From the sequence record PP813861.1: a DNA stretch of 64,000 nt. One strand, 5' to 3'. The notes beneath the pieces are model-generated. The model worked only from the letters and a program-made list of their open reading frames with translations, searched no databases and had not been told where the DNA came from. Both the position numbers and the translations under genes were made by a program. Of this stretch, positions 52,965 through 64,000 are shown one piece after another (the first letter of the stretch is position 1; every line of letters begins with the position of its first letter).

Positions 52965-55160
52965 TTAATAGAAGTCAGAGATGAGTCGATCGTTATTTTT
53001 ATCAATAAGGAAAATACCTAGGGACTCTAAGGTTAGATAGAATACACCCATAGTGTTTCCAATGATTGTTCTAACGTCAGCAACACGCGTAATAACTTCT
53101 GGAATACGACCAGTTTCTACTACTGTACTAGGAATATGGAAATCACCAATACTGGTTTTATTTTCTTCAGTAACCCATGCTTGAATACGAGCAGCTAATT
53201 TCTTATCTTCGATACCATCAATCCATTCTTTGATCGCAGTTTTATTATTAAGAGTAACTGAGATCTTTACATGTGAATAAGGTGGATCACCAGCTTCACC
53301 AAATGACGGAGCAAATACAGTCTTCCACACCAATCCCTTTTTATGAGTTGAGTTATCTTCAGATTTATAAGATTCAGGTCGTTTAGTTTGACCACTTGTA
53401 AGATACTCGGCTTTACCACTTCTAACAGACTCAATAATTTCTCTTTCGATATTACCGGCTTCTTTTAGAATTGAAGCTAAGTCGATTTTCTCTTCAGCCT
53501 TTACCGTCTTAATAATATCTTCCATGAGTTTTTTAGCACGACTATTAATCTTCTTAGGTACTTTACTATCCCTTAGCCCCACGCCTTTAATCTCCATCCG
53601 AGATTCATTAAACATCACCCCTTCTTGGGCATCCTGTGATGCAAAGTAATGTTTAGAACGAGTAGTTAAGGCCAGTACTGCGAAATAAAATTCGTTCTTC
53701 ATTGCAAATAGACGAAGCTTATCTTTAGATACACCCATATTAGCGGATTGAATCGCTAAGATATGCATAACTACTTCAGATACTAGAAACACTAGTGCAA
53801 ATACTAGTCGTTTAGCTTCATTGCTAAAAGTTACTTTACCAAAGAATTCCTCAACCCACCATTGTAATGTAAACATAGTGGAGTCAGTATCTGAAATAAC
53901 AGCAGCTCGCCTATATACCGTTGGAAAAGCATGAATACTTGATGGTACACATTTAGTCAAGAAGAAAGCTTCAATCAATAGACGATATTCATTAAGAGTT
54001 TCAGCGATATTTCGACCAGTTGCAAAAATTTGATTCAGTGTATCTGGATCAGATTCTTTTAGTTTAGCTTTAGATCGACCTTTAACAGTATCAAAGCAAA
54101 TAAAGCTAGCCAAAAGATCCATATCACCATCATAAGTTGAATATTCTTCTTCAGTGATGATTTGTTCTTTTGTTCCAACCTGGCTTAATTTAATTAGAAA
54201 GCTCTTGATTAATTCTTTATTGTATTTATATAAGTGATATAGATCACCTACATACATAACTGCTGCTCGTTCGACTGGTGTCATCCCAGTAGCTAGTTTT
54301 AAAATCTGTGCCGTGTAATACTTATTTTGCCAATAGTGTTTAGTTGAATAAAGAACCATATCAACTACTTCTTCTGGCGTTGGGCAATGTAGATTAAAAT
54401 TAGTTACTGCTTTTTGAATTAACTCCATATCAGCTACATTAATAATATTTACTAAATTAGCTTTTGTGATTTCCGGAGTATAATAATGCCTATTACCCAT
54501 AATGAATTTTTCATTATTTGAGTTAGCATAAGAGGTACCAGTTCTACAAGTAGATGTTAAACTAGAGTGTGTGGACTTATAATAAAGAATAGTGGCAGCA
54601 GATACCGTACCTCCTGAATATGAGTTATTGTTAATTTTGAAGTTTTCTTGTTCACCTTTACGTACTTGTGCAAGTTCTGTTTTAATTTGTGAATTCTCTT
54701 TATCGCCGGCCTGTAGGAAAGCAGCTGCTTCACGTTCAGCCTGCATCTGCTCACCTTTAACACGCTTACGGTTTTTCACACCTTCGGCAATATAGATGGA
54801 GTGCGTAGACTGTCTAACAGACTCTGGTAAATATGCGGTCATTGATGGAGATAATAATAGATTCTGTTTCTTAACACGGTTAAGAAAAGCCATAAATGAA
54901 ACCGTCTTTAATTCCCTATCACCAAACTTATTTTTATCTAGAATAGTTGCTAATGGATTACGAAGTGCATATTCGCCATTTTGACGTAATTGTTCTTTAA
55001 CAAATTCTTTACATTCTTCTAAACTAATATTTAATTCATCTTTTGTCATTAATTGAAGATATTTGGCATTATCATCAAGACATGCATTAATGATATCAAT
55101 ATCACGATGGTAATCATTGACATCTTTTAAAAACGGATTTGGTTGGGCAAATGCGGTCAT
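52965..55160 (-). CDS. Family-B DNA polymerase catalytic subunit, gp50-like
   Basis: Motif B QENFKINNNSYSG, motif C VISDTDS, thumb KHYF...EIKGV; lacks exonuclease and motif A. Confidence 0.9.
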   Translation of the reverse strand: MTAFAQPNPFLKDVNDYHRDIDIINACLDDNAKYLQLMTKDELNISLEECKEFVKEQLRQNGEYALRNPLATILDKNKFGDRELKTVSFMAFLNRVKKQNLLLSPSMTAYLPESVRQSTHSIYIAEGVKNRKRVKGEQMQAEREAAAFLQAGDKENSQIKTELAQVRKGEQENFKINNNSYSGGTVSAATILYYKSTHSSLTSTCRTGTSYANSNNEKFIMGNRHYYTPEITKANLVNIINVADMELIQKAVTNFNLHCPTPEEVVDMVLYSTKHYWQNKYYTAQILKLATGMTPVERAAVMYVGDLYHLYKYNKELIKSFLIKLSQVGTKEQIITEEEYSTYDGDMDLLASFICFDTVKGRSKAKLKESDPDTLNQIFATGRNIAETLNEYRLLIEAFFLTKCVPSSIHAFPTVYRRAAVISDTDSTMFTLQWWVEEFFGKVTFSNEAKRLVFALVFLVSEVVMHILAIQSANMGVSKDKLRLFAMKNEFYFAVLALTTRSKHYFASQDAQEGVMFNESRMEIKGVGLRDSKVPKKINSRAKKLMEDIIKTVKAEEKIDLASILKEAGNIEREIIESVRSGKAEYLTSGQTKRPESYKSEDNSTHKKGLVWKTVFAPSFGEAGDPPYSHVKISVTLNNKTAIKEWIDGIEDKKLAARIQAWVTEENKTSIGDFHIPSTVVETGRIPEVITRVADVRTIIGNTMGVFYLTLESLGIFLIDKNNDRLISDFY

Positions 55161-55329
55161 TTCACATATCTCTCAGTATACTTATTTTTAATTATAGTGA
55201 ATGATTTCTCTCTCTTTAACTAAAAAAGAAAAGGAAAGAATGGGTACCCTATACGGGCACCCTAAATTGAGAGGTAGCACATCAACTTACATTCACATTA
55301 GATGATGTAAGCAAGTAAAAATAATACAA

Positions 55330-55360
55330 CATAAAAGGAGCCATAATGGCTCCTTTATAG
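55330..55360 (-). terminator. Hairpin
   Basis: AAAGGAGCC-ATAAT-GGCTCCTTT. Confidence 0.7.
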
Positions 55361-55786
<426 letters not shown>

Positions 55787-55811
55787 CTAAAATAGTTGGT
55801 TACATAGGGTA

Positions 55812-56195
55812 TTACTCATCTAGTAATACAACTACACCAAACAGACCTTTTGTATCCATTGGCACTGTAATTAATACATGTCCATTTGGATATTTTTCTT
55901 TAAAGCTATTGATAAAGTCGGTACAATATTCAATAACATATCCTTTAGTAGAATAATTCTCTAACTCAATATCTTCGTCAGGATCATCAAATGAGTCATG
56001 TCCATACATCAGCATATGGATATATATGTCATTATTAAGCGTATCCATATAACTTAACTTACGTGATTCTTCAAATAAATCAAGTGGTGTTGGACAATCT
56101 GGATATATCATTCGTTTTGTATATTCACGAAGCAAATGTTGCGAATATATTTCTGACTCTTTAGATTTAAATACGATAAATACTCGTTTTTCCAT
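55812..56195 (-). CDS. Hypothetical protein
   Basis: 127 aa, AGGA SD. Confidence 0.7.
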   Translation of the reverse strand: MEKRVFIVFKSKESEIYSQHLLREYTKRMIYPDCPTPLDLFEESRKLSYMDTLNNDIYIHMLMYGHDSFDDPDEDIELENYSTKGYVIEYCTDFINSFKEKYPNGHVLITVPMDTKGLFGVVVLLDE

Positions 56196-56207
56196 ATCGG
56201 TTCCTAG

Positions 56208-56240
56208 TAGGAAGCCTATGTGAACCGATAGGCTTTCCTA
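56208..56240 (-). terminator. Hairpin
   Basis: AGGAAGCCTAT-GTGAACCG-ATAGGCTTTCCT. Confidence 0.55.
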
Positions 56241-56267
56241 TTTACGTCAATTGTTAATATGTGTCAC

Positions 56268-56804
56268 TTAATCCACATCATTGTAGCAGTCCATACCAAA
56301 GTCTTCACCTTCTAGAATATAACCTTGATTATGTTGATCAACTGCTATTGATTGGATTCTTTCTACACCATATCCATTCTGATAAAGATACGCTATTTCA
56401 GATTGTAGTTTACTAGCCAGTGTTTTACACACAGCTGCAAACCACATATTAAGAATACTCAATGCATATTTATCTTGCATAATCACAGGCGCTACTGATG
56501 GAAAGTATTCTTGTAAATAATAGTCAACCCCTATAATTGGTTGAGTAGGCTGTTGTGCTAGAAATTCAATATATGCATTAATCGCCTGATACCATAACTG
56601 TTCTATAGATTGGTGTTCAGTATATGGGTAAGGAGTATTGTAAGACTTATTGACAACTACATCAGCCATTTTATTAACAATGGGCCAGATATCACTGATG
56701 TTAATAACTACGAAACTCGTCATTCCTTGTTGGCCTGGAGTTATGTTATTAGCATCATTTATCCGCTGCATTTCTTGTTGTCTATAAAGAAGTGGATGCA
56801 TCAT
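56268..56804 (-). CDS. Hypothetical protein
   Basis: 178 aa, ATGA overlap with the upstream gene. Confidence 0.7.
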   Translation of the reverse strand: MMHPLLYRQQEMQRINDANNITPGQQGMTSFVVINISDIWPIVNKMADVVVNKSYNTPYPYTEHQSIEQLWYQAINAYIEFLAQQPTQPIIGVDYYLQEYFPSVAPVIMQDKYALSILNMWFAAVCKTLASKLQSEIAYLYQNGYGVERIQSIAVDQHNQGYILEGEDFGMDCYNDVD

Positions 56805-57235
56805 GTTTGAGACCTCATAACTAATTTAGTTACCATCTTATATTTATCTACTTCTATACATTTAAGACTAGTAATAAGATTACCTGCTTGAATAACTTGT
56901 TTTTGGATTATCTCTAAGAAATCAGTTCCAAATAAATCCAATACCCTTTCGATAATCTCAGCAGATCTTAAGTGCCAATTGATAGTATTAGGATTTCCCT
57001 GATGATCAAATACCATCATGCTCATCGGTCTATCTGGTTCTATATAGGTATCGCTTAAGTAATCTTCTAACCATTGCTCTAAAAAGGTAGGCCAATCTAA
57101 TCTCTGCCAGTGGTTAAAGTATTCTACATATGCTGCTAGAAGTCTATTGATACACCACAGTACAAAGTCAGTCGGTTCATCTACACCTAGCTCTTCCGTA
57201 AAAGAACGCGGTTTCAAAATTAGCAACAATTGCAT
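56801..57235 (-). CDS. Hypothetical protein
   Basis: 144 aa, GGAG SD. Confidence 0.7.
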   Translation of the reverse strand: MQLLLILKPRSFTEELGVDEPTDFVLWCINRLLAAYVEYFNHWQRLDWPTFLEQWLEDYLSDTYIEPDRPMSMMVFDHQGNPNTINWHLRSAEIIERVLDLFGTDFLEIIQKQVIQAGNLITSLKCIEVDKYKMVTKLVMRSQT

Positions 57236-57692
57236 ATTGACTCCACTCTTTACCAGTGACTATAGTTAATAGAACAACTTTGTTATCTATTACACTAATG
57301 AACTTATAGTCTATTAAATTCTTCGGTGTTCTATGTAGTAATTGGATTCCAGTTGTATAGAACAAATTAATGAACTCATCCCAATCTGGACCATTTCCTA
57401 GTTGTATTGATATATCCACAAAAGGAATAACCGTATTATCCTGTTGTAATTTAGACATCATCTTAACAACCCATTGAGTTAATAAGACGATGACTGTAGC
57501 TTCATCTTTATTTGTTAGGTAAGTAAATTTCTTTATCAATGTGATTAATTGTGGGAATACCACTTCGATTGGCAATACATATACCAGACGTTGTACTTCC
57601 TCCGATGTACAATCCATCTCGTGCTTCTGTTTCATACCACAGTTCCTTAGTATTTGTTGGAATGAGGTGCATGATCTGCTCAGCACCCTCAT
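57177..57692 (-). CDS. Hypothetical protein (true start probably internal, MDCTSE)
   Basis: ORF in a tightly overlapping array. Confidence 0.6.
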   Translation of the reverse strand: MRVLSRSCTSFQQILRNCGMKQKHEMDCTSEEVQRLVYVLPIEVVFPQLITLIKKFTYLTNKDEATVIVLLTQWVVKMMSKLQQDNTVIPFVDISIQLGNGPDWDEFINLFYTTGIQLLHRTPKNLIDYKFISVIDNKVVLLTIVTGKEWSQYAIVANFETAFFYGRARCR

Positions 57693-57960
57693 CGAGAAGT
57701 TCTATTAGTTTATGCATGAAATGAATGTCTTTAGCATATTCATAGAACATTTCTTCTTTAACGACCATTTGCATAAGCTTCTGTTCTGCCAATGCAACAA
57801 GCAAATGCATTGCTTCGATATAACTAATATCTAAAAAGTCCAATACAAATCTTAGATAGTTATCATCTTTAATAAGTTTACTTTTAGTCGCTCTTAGTAA
57901 AAAACGAGGTTGTGGTGTGGGTAATGGTGACGTATAGATCTTCTGGTTTCTCAGTATCAT
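57508..57960 (-). CDS. Hypothetical protein
   Basis: 150 aa ORF in the overlapping array. Confidence 0.55.
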   Translation of the reverse strand: MILRNQKIYTSPLPTPQPRFLLRATKSKLIKDDNYLRFVLDFLDISYIEAMHLLVALAEQKLMQMVVKEEMFYEYAKDIHFMHKLIELLDEGAEQIMHLIPTNTKELWYETEARDGLYIGGSTTSGICIANRSGIPTINHIDKEIYLPNK

Positions 57961-58273
57961 AAATAACCCTATTTAACTGGATGTTACCAGCTGATGGTAG
58001 AACTACCCGGTTAGAACAATTATACAGATAAGTTGTTAAATCAATATCACAAATATCCCTATAACCCAGCATCTGATTAATTAGTTCTATGACATCATTA
58101 GATGTGCTACCCGATGCCCTCTCAGACGCTGCTGCCAATACAATTGTTAATGCATATTCTGCACCAATACTATTTTTTATAGATTTCCAAATATCAGAAT
58201 GTTGATCTTGTACAAAAGATCTTACTTCCATTCTGATACACATTGATGTGTCTTTATCATTAGATATGTTCAT
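57884..58273 (-). CDS. Hypothetical protein
   Basis: 129 aa, AAGG SD. Confidence 0.6.
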   Translation of the reverse strand: MNISNDKDTSMCIRMEVRSFVQDQHSDIWKSIKNSIGAEYALTIVLAAASERASGSTSNDVIELINQMLGYRDICDIDLTTYLYNCSNRVVLPSAGNIQLNRVIYDTEKPEDLYVTITHTTTSFFTKSD

Positions 58274-58294
58274 TATAAAAACCTTATAATCGGT

Positions 58295-58323
58295 ATAAAG
58301 CCCCCCATAAGGAGGGCTTTATT
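58295..58323 (-). terminator. Hairpin
   Basis: TAAAGCCCCCC-ATAA-GGAGGGCTTTA. Confidence 0.6.
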
Positions 58324-59396
58324 TAGTATAGATTATTTTCTAAAATGTATCGCTCAGCTTGCGCTCGCTGATCATCAGGTAAATAATCACCACGTTGATA
58401 TTCAAATACTAATTTCTCAATAGGATAAGTTGCATTCTTATTCTTGTATACAGAAATTACATAGCTATGATACTCTAGTTCATACTTAACGTCATGCTCA
58501 ATTCTGGTTGAAAAATATGCCATGTTAATAGAACTAACTAGAGGGCTAATATATTTCTCTTCAAATAGTAATAAATTATCAAGTCCTAAACTTGCAAAGA
58601 AATCATGGTTAACCTTAGGTATTAGATAAGATACTTTAATATTACTATATTGTTTAACAATTACACCAATAAGTAATGCAGTTAACTGTTCTTGAATATA
58701 TTCTACTGCGATGTTATATGCATGGTTAGTGGTGATGTGGTCTTTATTTAAAGTATAGCTACCACCATTAGCAAGAGATAGCTGAGTTTTACGCCTAGAT
58801 TCGTAGATACTATAACCTAGTGTTTGTAAATTAATTCTGTCAAAGCCATGGAAGAATGTACGGAGAAATTCACTAAATAAATAGTTTAATGGGTTCAGTA
58901 GGTTAAGTGATACCACTGCATGATCATCACCATTATCAATCCCATGGACACGATCATATTCCGCGATACGATAATCTTTGCCACTGATTAAAGTTATAAC
59001 TGAACCAGCTTTAACTACATCCCATTGGATCCATGTACCGCTATCGATATATTTAGCTACTTGTTTATAGATATCTAGATAGATAGTTTCTAGATAAGGT
59101 AGTTTCATTAGATTTTCTACCCAAGCAACTTTATTACTATCTACGTCAGTTACAGCACAATTAAAAATAGCTGCTGCCATCTTAAGATTGGTGTACTGGT
59201 CTTTGGCTGTTTTATATGAAACTAAACTCTCTACTATATTTTCAACCATTAGATGTAAAAACTGTTGAGCCACATCTTTACTCAATTTCACCCCAATCGC
59301 TTCATCAATTGAAGCTGAAGCTGTAAGCTGACCTAGTAAATCGTATATTGCTTTTTCTTGGTGGCGCGTATCAAGTACAATGAGCTTATTCGACAT
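58323..59396 (-). CDS. Hypothetical protein
   Basis: 357 aa, GGAG SD. Confidence 0.8.
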   Translation of the reverse strand: MSNKLIVLDTRHQEKAIYDLLGQLTASASIDEAIGVKLSKDVAQQFLHLMVENIVESLVSYKTAKDQYTNLKMAAAIFNCAVTDVDSNKVAWVENLMKLPYLETIYLDIYKQVAKYIDSGTWIQWDVVKAGSVITLISGKDYRIAEYDRVHGIDNGDDHAVVSLNLLNPLNYLFSEFLRTFFHGFDRINLQTLGYSIYESRRKTQLSLANGGSYTLNKDHITTNHAYNIAVEYIQEQLTALLIGVIVKQYSNIKVSYLIPKVNHDFFASLGLDNLLLFEEKYISPLVSSINMAYFSTRIEHDVKYELEYHSYVISVYKNKNATYPIEKLVFEYQRGDYLPDDQRAQAERYILENNLY

Positions 59397-59409
59397 TATA
59401 TTTCTCCAA

Positions 59410-59838
59410 TTAATTTTTTGGAATAGCGATCCAAACTGTGTTCTTTAACCGATAAAATATTACAAACTTACCTGCATTTACTCTAGGTATAATTTTTAAT
59501 ATATCCCAAAGATCAGATGCGGCCTCATGATTATCATGAAACCATTGGATTTCTTGAGGGGTGTTATTTATTGGATTATATCCAGTAGTATACATGAATT
59601 CAAAAGAGTCAATAGAATATTTAAAGAAGTCATCAATTAAGCTGTCCTCTACTGATTTAAATATATGCTCTAATGTACCATAGTCATCTGGATGTATTCC
59701 AAAGCTTTGGCACCTAATTGCTAAACGAGCATTTATTAGCTCTTTTGGCGATCTTGGTACTAACTTGGCTATCACCCTCGTTACATCTATTACATACAGG
59801 TCAGCTACTTGGGGAGTAGTCACAGTACAATCTCTCAT
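59410..59838 (-). CDS. Hypothetical early protein
   Basis: 142 aa, directly behind an early promoter. Confidence 0.7.
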   Translation of the reverse strand: MRDCTVTTPQVADLYVIDVTRVIAKLVPRSPKELINARLAIRCQSFGIHPDDYGTLEHIFKSVEDSLIDDFFKYSIDSFEFMYTTGYNPINNTPQEIQWFHDNHEAASDLWDILKIIPRVNAGKFVIFYRLKNTVWIAIPKN

Positions 59839-59853
59839 TAAATGTTCAGGAAC

Positions 59854-59878
59854 ATGATATAGATCTAAAAATATTTTT
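59854..59878 (-). promoter_or_regulatory. Early-type promoter
   Basis: AAAAATATTTTTAGATCTATATCAT. Confidence 0.7.
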
Positions 59879-59965
59879 AGTCAAATCTGTTCGTGGTAAG
59901 CCGATGTATATTATACCTTAGTTGGGTATTATCTCCATCGAAAAAACGCGTACAGCGCATTATAG

Positions 59966-60775
<810 letters not shown>

Positions 60776-60793
60776 AAAAAATAAAAAAAAAGA

Positions 60794-60825
60794 CATAATG
60801 CCCTCCCATTGCGGGAGGGCTTATG
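60794..60825. terminator. Bidirectional hairpin
   Basis: CATAAT-GCCCTCCC-ATTGC-GGGAGGGC-TTATG. Confidence 0.75.
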
Positions 60826-60883
60826 CCATTAAGATAATATCTAAATAACACTATATTTAAAAACATACTGGTATAACCCATCA

Positions 60884-61189
60884 TCAATTAATACTGTTGA
60901 GAATCTTTTTGATGAGATCACCAGGTGCAATACCAATACCTGAACAATACCGTCTAAAGTTATTACACGGTTGACATGCTTTCTTTTCAACGATATTTAA
61001 TTCAAAGCAAATATTGCCACGTGAATCTAGAATGGATATAAATGCTTTGTTACCTGTTACGCGATATGTCTTACCGAATACAACAGTTGTTTTATATGCA
61101 AGGCTATTCATGATTATTCCTTTAACATGGATTATTATCATGTTTGTAATATAGCCTTTAAATGTATTTAAATATTTATTAAACCCCAT
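60884..61189 (-). CDS. Small hypothetical protein (start probably MNSLAY)
   Basis: C-terminal CxxC...C; AAAGGA SD before the internal ATG. Confidence 0.55.
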   Translation of the reverse strand: MGFNKYLNTFKGYITNMIIIHVKGIIMNSLAYKTTVVFGKTYRVTGNKAFISILDSRGNICFELNIVEKKACQPCNNFRRYCSGIGIAPGDLIKKILNSIN

Positions 61190-61466
61190 AGCGATGAGCT
61201 ATATATGTTTTTAATACCTCATATGCCTTATCAGTTGCCATGGAACTATTGACAAAATCAGAATGATCAATCTTAATAATCTTACCGAATGAATCATAAT
61301 CGATAGTTGTAACTGCTATTCGATCACTATCACGGATCAATAGTTTATTTTTATTTAAAACAAAAATATTCCATTTCTCGCCATCGGCTAAAATAACATC
61401 CTCATCTTTAAGATTAAGACGAACAAACTGTTTTACATAAATACTTAACTGAGCAACTGTTGACAT
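61179..61466 (-). CDS. Small hypothetical protein
   Basis: 95 aa. Confidence 0.65.
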   Translation of the reverse strand: MSTVAQLSIYVKQFVRLNLKDEDVILADGEKWNIFVLNKNKLLIRDSDRIAVTTIDYDSFGKIIKIDHSDFVNSSMATDKAYEVLKTYIAHRYGV

Positions 61467-61777
61467 AATGATTTCTCGATATCTGTTAATGAAATAATCA
61501 TATCTTGGACATTGATGGTAATAACATTTTTATAAGTTAAATAAGTTGGATATGAACCCATAAATGTAATAGTCCCACAGATATGATTTTTATATCTAAT
61601 ATCAACACATCCGTCATATCTCCAGATAAAATCAAATGATCCTTTAGTGTGGTGTTCAAGTGAAAGAATAGAACCACTAACTAATTTAGGATATTGTTCA
61701 AATTCAGACATTACATAATCTGCCAGTTCCTTAACCTCAGGATAATCAATCAATAATAGCATATACGTAAATCTCAA
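61445..61777 (-). CDS. Small hypothetical protein
   Basis: 110 aa, overlapping neighbours. Confidence 0.6.
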   Translation of the reverse strand: MRFTYMLLLIDYPEVKELADYVMSEFEQYPKLVSGSILSLEHHTKGSFDFIWRYDGCVDIRYKNHICGTITFMGSYPTYLTYKNVITINVQDMIISLTDIEKSLCQQLLS

Positions 61778-62247
61778 TTAGTTAATATAACACCCCATCC
61801 AGGGTGGACTCTTTCGAAAAATGGTAATGTATTATTTCGTATACTGTCTGCATCAATATTTGGAATGTGGATGGTACAACAGTGGGGGTTACTGTCAATC
61901 TTGAAATAGAAATTATCTTTTAAATCTTCAACCTTGGATGTTTGTAATGGATATAAAATACCATTCCCCCAAACATACCAACGTCTATACAGCTTATCGT
62001 TTAACCGCTTCTCAATAACCGAATGCGATTTGAAACGAGGAACTCGCAAACGCATCCCGTTTACTTCAGCCCATTTGTCTACCCGATCATAGCTAATAAT
62101 TCCATCCTTAACCATTACAAAGATAAATCCCTCAACTATGTTGGGGAGACGAACTACGTGTTTCAGAACCATAGTAAACGGAGATAACGTCAGATCAAGT
62201 TCAGCTGCCATTTGCTCGTCGAGCTTTTTAGCAGTGTTCTTTGCCAT
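61774..62247 (-). CDS. Hypothetical protein
   Basis: 157 aa, AGGAG SD. Confidence 0.75.
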   Translation of the reverse strand: MAKNTAKKLDEQMAAELDLTLSPFTMVLKHVVRLPNIVEGFIFVMVKDGIISYDRVDKWAEVNGMRLRVPRFKSHSVIEKRLNDKLYRRWYVWGNGILYPLQTSKVEDLKDNFYFKIDSNPHCCTIHIPNIDADSIRNNTLPFFERVHPGWGVILTN

Positions 62248-62286
62248 CGGTTATCTCCTAATATACAGATTATTAATTATCGCTAG

Positions 62287-62769
62287 TTATTTAATATCTG
62301 CAAAATTCTGATTTACTTTACCCATAAAAATACCATCGGCTCTATCGTCATAATAAAGCTTCCCTGCTTTAGCATTACATAGAACTCCATAAATGTGACC
62401 ATTGTAACCATCAAAATTAAATAAAGATGGATTATGCGGTACATGAATGAATCCCATTTTATCGCACAGAAACTTAGCTACAGCAGCCGATCGGCTAATA
62501 CCTGCCTCACAGTGTACGAATAGGTGTTGACCCTTACCAAGAGCTTCACAGAAGGAAATAATACGTTGTGCATGCCGATGATCAAATAGATCATAAGAAG
62601 AATCAACATAATCCTCAATGTCATCAACATTGATACGTAAATAATTAAGATGTTTTGCTGAATAAAGTGGGACTCTACCTTTCTCCAGTAGACAGATCAT
62701 ATTTCTAGGGGAATAAAATGATTCAGCTACATGCAAAGGAATATAAGTAACTGTATTTACTGGTTTCAT
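62287..62769 (-). CDS. Putative PTP/dual-specificity (CX5R) phosphatase
   Basis: FVHCEAGISRSAAVA P-loop, with an upstream acidic VDDI loop. Confidence 0.8.
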   Translation of the reverse strand: MKPVNTVTYIPLHVAESFYSPRNMICLLEKGRVPLYSAKHLNYLRINVDDIEDYVDSSYDLFDHRHAQRIISFCEALGKGQHLFVHCEAGISRSAAVAKFLCDKMGFIHVPHNPSLFNFDGYNGHIYGVLCNAKAGKLYYDDRADGIFMGKVNQNFADIK

Positions 62770-62784
62770 ATTACACCTCGTTAC

Positions 62785-62815
62785 AAAAAAAATAAAAGGA
62801 GCCCCGAAGGGCTCC
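62785..62815 (-). terminator. Intrinsic terminator after phuZ
   Basis: GGAGCCC-TTCG-GGGCTCC followed by TTTTATTTTTTTT on the minus strand. Confidence 0.8.
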
Positions 62816-62823
62816 AGTATAAG

Positions 62824-63807
62824 TTAATCGAATACAAGACCACTACTAGTTGCTTGGTCATCCACATCTAGAGTAGACTGACGCTTACGCATATTAGCTT
62901 TGGCTCGATTCATCATTTCACGACGTTCTTCTAATCGCTTACGAATATCTTCAATAGATAGGCCATTGATCACAAAATGCATTTGATCGAAATCATATTT
63001 TTCAGGATCAGCATAACCAGTAGTACGAGTTAGAACTGTACTAATTGATACATCGCGATCAGGATCAGTGTATAGTGAAGCAATAGAAATTGGATCCAAA
63101 ATAGCCTGAGCTTCTTGACGATCGAAACACACGTGTAATTGGACAGTCTGTACAGGTACATCATGGTGCTTATGGAAGTGTGCCCAGTTAGTGATATCCA
63201 TTAGATCAAGACTTTGGTGTTCTTGATTAAATAGAATTACTAGTGCATTTAGTACTTCAAGAATGTTTTGGTTCACCATTGATTGCGGTACACCTTCAAC
63301 ATTCTCATGATAGTTAATAATCATCGGAACTTTACTAACAGAGGAAACCCCTTCAAACGTCTTAAGGCTACCACTACTATTTCGAAGACTAATATCACTG
63401 TCGTAAGATCCAATGACCACACTTACAACTACTTCACCTTGTTGTTGTAGATGACTGACAAGGGAAGGACCAATAGTTGAACCAGAAGCACCACCCATTG
63501 AATACACTACAATGTTAGCATCCCCTGCTGGGAAATGATGGGCAATGGCAGGAATATGTGCAGAGATTAGTTCTGCGGCTGCCTTACGATCTTTACCCAT
63601 ACCGATAGCACGTTTACGTGCAGTCTGGTCAGCTAGCTTAGTATCCGCTTCAATAATGATCGTATTATCGTCAGTATTGTGTTTGTGTTTATTCTGTACA
63701 CTGGTATCAATGTAGCAAACATCCTCATGATAACCATGGAATAGTTCACCAATACGGAAACCAGCACCACCACAAAAGTAAATTCGAGTTTTTACTTTAG
63801 ACATCAT
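62824..63807 (-). CDS. phuZ: Phage tubulin PhuZ (gp39)
   Basis: FCGGAG, tubulin signature SMGGASGS, IDTS, and the PhuZ C-terminal tail ending SGLVFD. Confidence 0.95.
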   Translation of the reverse strand: MMSKVKTRIYFCGGAGFRIGELFHGYHEDVCYIDTSVQNKHKHNTDDNTIIIEADTKLADQTARKRAIGMGKDRKAAAELISAHIPAIAHHFPAGDANIVVYSMGGASGSTIGPSLVSHLQQQGEVVVSVVIGSYDSDISLRNSSGSLKTFEGVSSVSKVPMIINYHENVEGVPQSMVNQNILEVLNALVILFNQEHQSLDLMDITNWAHFHKHHDVPVQTVQLHVCFDRQEAQAILDPISIASLYTDPDRDVSISTVLTRTTGYADPEKYDFDQMHFVINGLSIEDIRKRLEERREMMNRAKANMRKRQSTLDVDDQATSSGLVFD

Positions 63808-64000
63808 TACACCTCATTGTGATTAATATAATTTCATATACCAACTTGTAAATGGTATTAGTGCTTAAAAGTAACGATCTCTTCATGAGTTCGTTCTTGA
63901 TGAACAATTAATTCATTAACCACTTTACCAATATCTGATTTAAATTCGATTACCATCTTATCTCGACACATGTATGTTTGCCAAGTACCACCAGACTTAA

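Overview
The window is a 64-kb segment of a phiKZ-like Pseudomonas jumbo phage (nucleus-forming, Chimalliviridae/Phikzvirus). It reads as the reverse complement of the usual phiKZ order and runs from about gp94 down to gp39. gp numbers are my recalled synteny assignments, not database hits. Left end (1-24.4 kb): inner-head and ejection proteins, baseplate proteins, a Kelch protein, the exonuclease half of the DNA polymerase and one virion RNAP subunit. Middle (25-50 kb): the phage-nucleus core, with four non-virion RNAP subunits (two split by closely related group I introns carrying HNH endonucleases), an SF2 helicase, SbcD, PicA, ChmC and chimallin (ChmA). Right end (50-64 kb): the catalytic half of the family-B DNA polymerase, many small hypothetical ORFs and the tubulin PhuZ. 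I saw no tRNA, rRNA or CRISPR array. Best unexplained signals: (1) a roughly 320-nt densely base-paired, pseudoknotted non-coding RNA candidate directly 3' of chmA; (2) a T-TTT-TTT slippery site joining the gp77-like ORF to a start-less 172-codon -1 frame, a candidate programmed frameshift of the lambda G/GT chaperone type; (3) twin introns whose endonuclease ORFs run through their own guide sequence; (4) a 101-bp direct repeat bracketing an inserted promoter-plus-gene cassette upstream of gp59; (5) several likely real genes missing from the ORF track.
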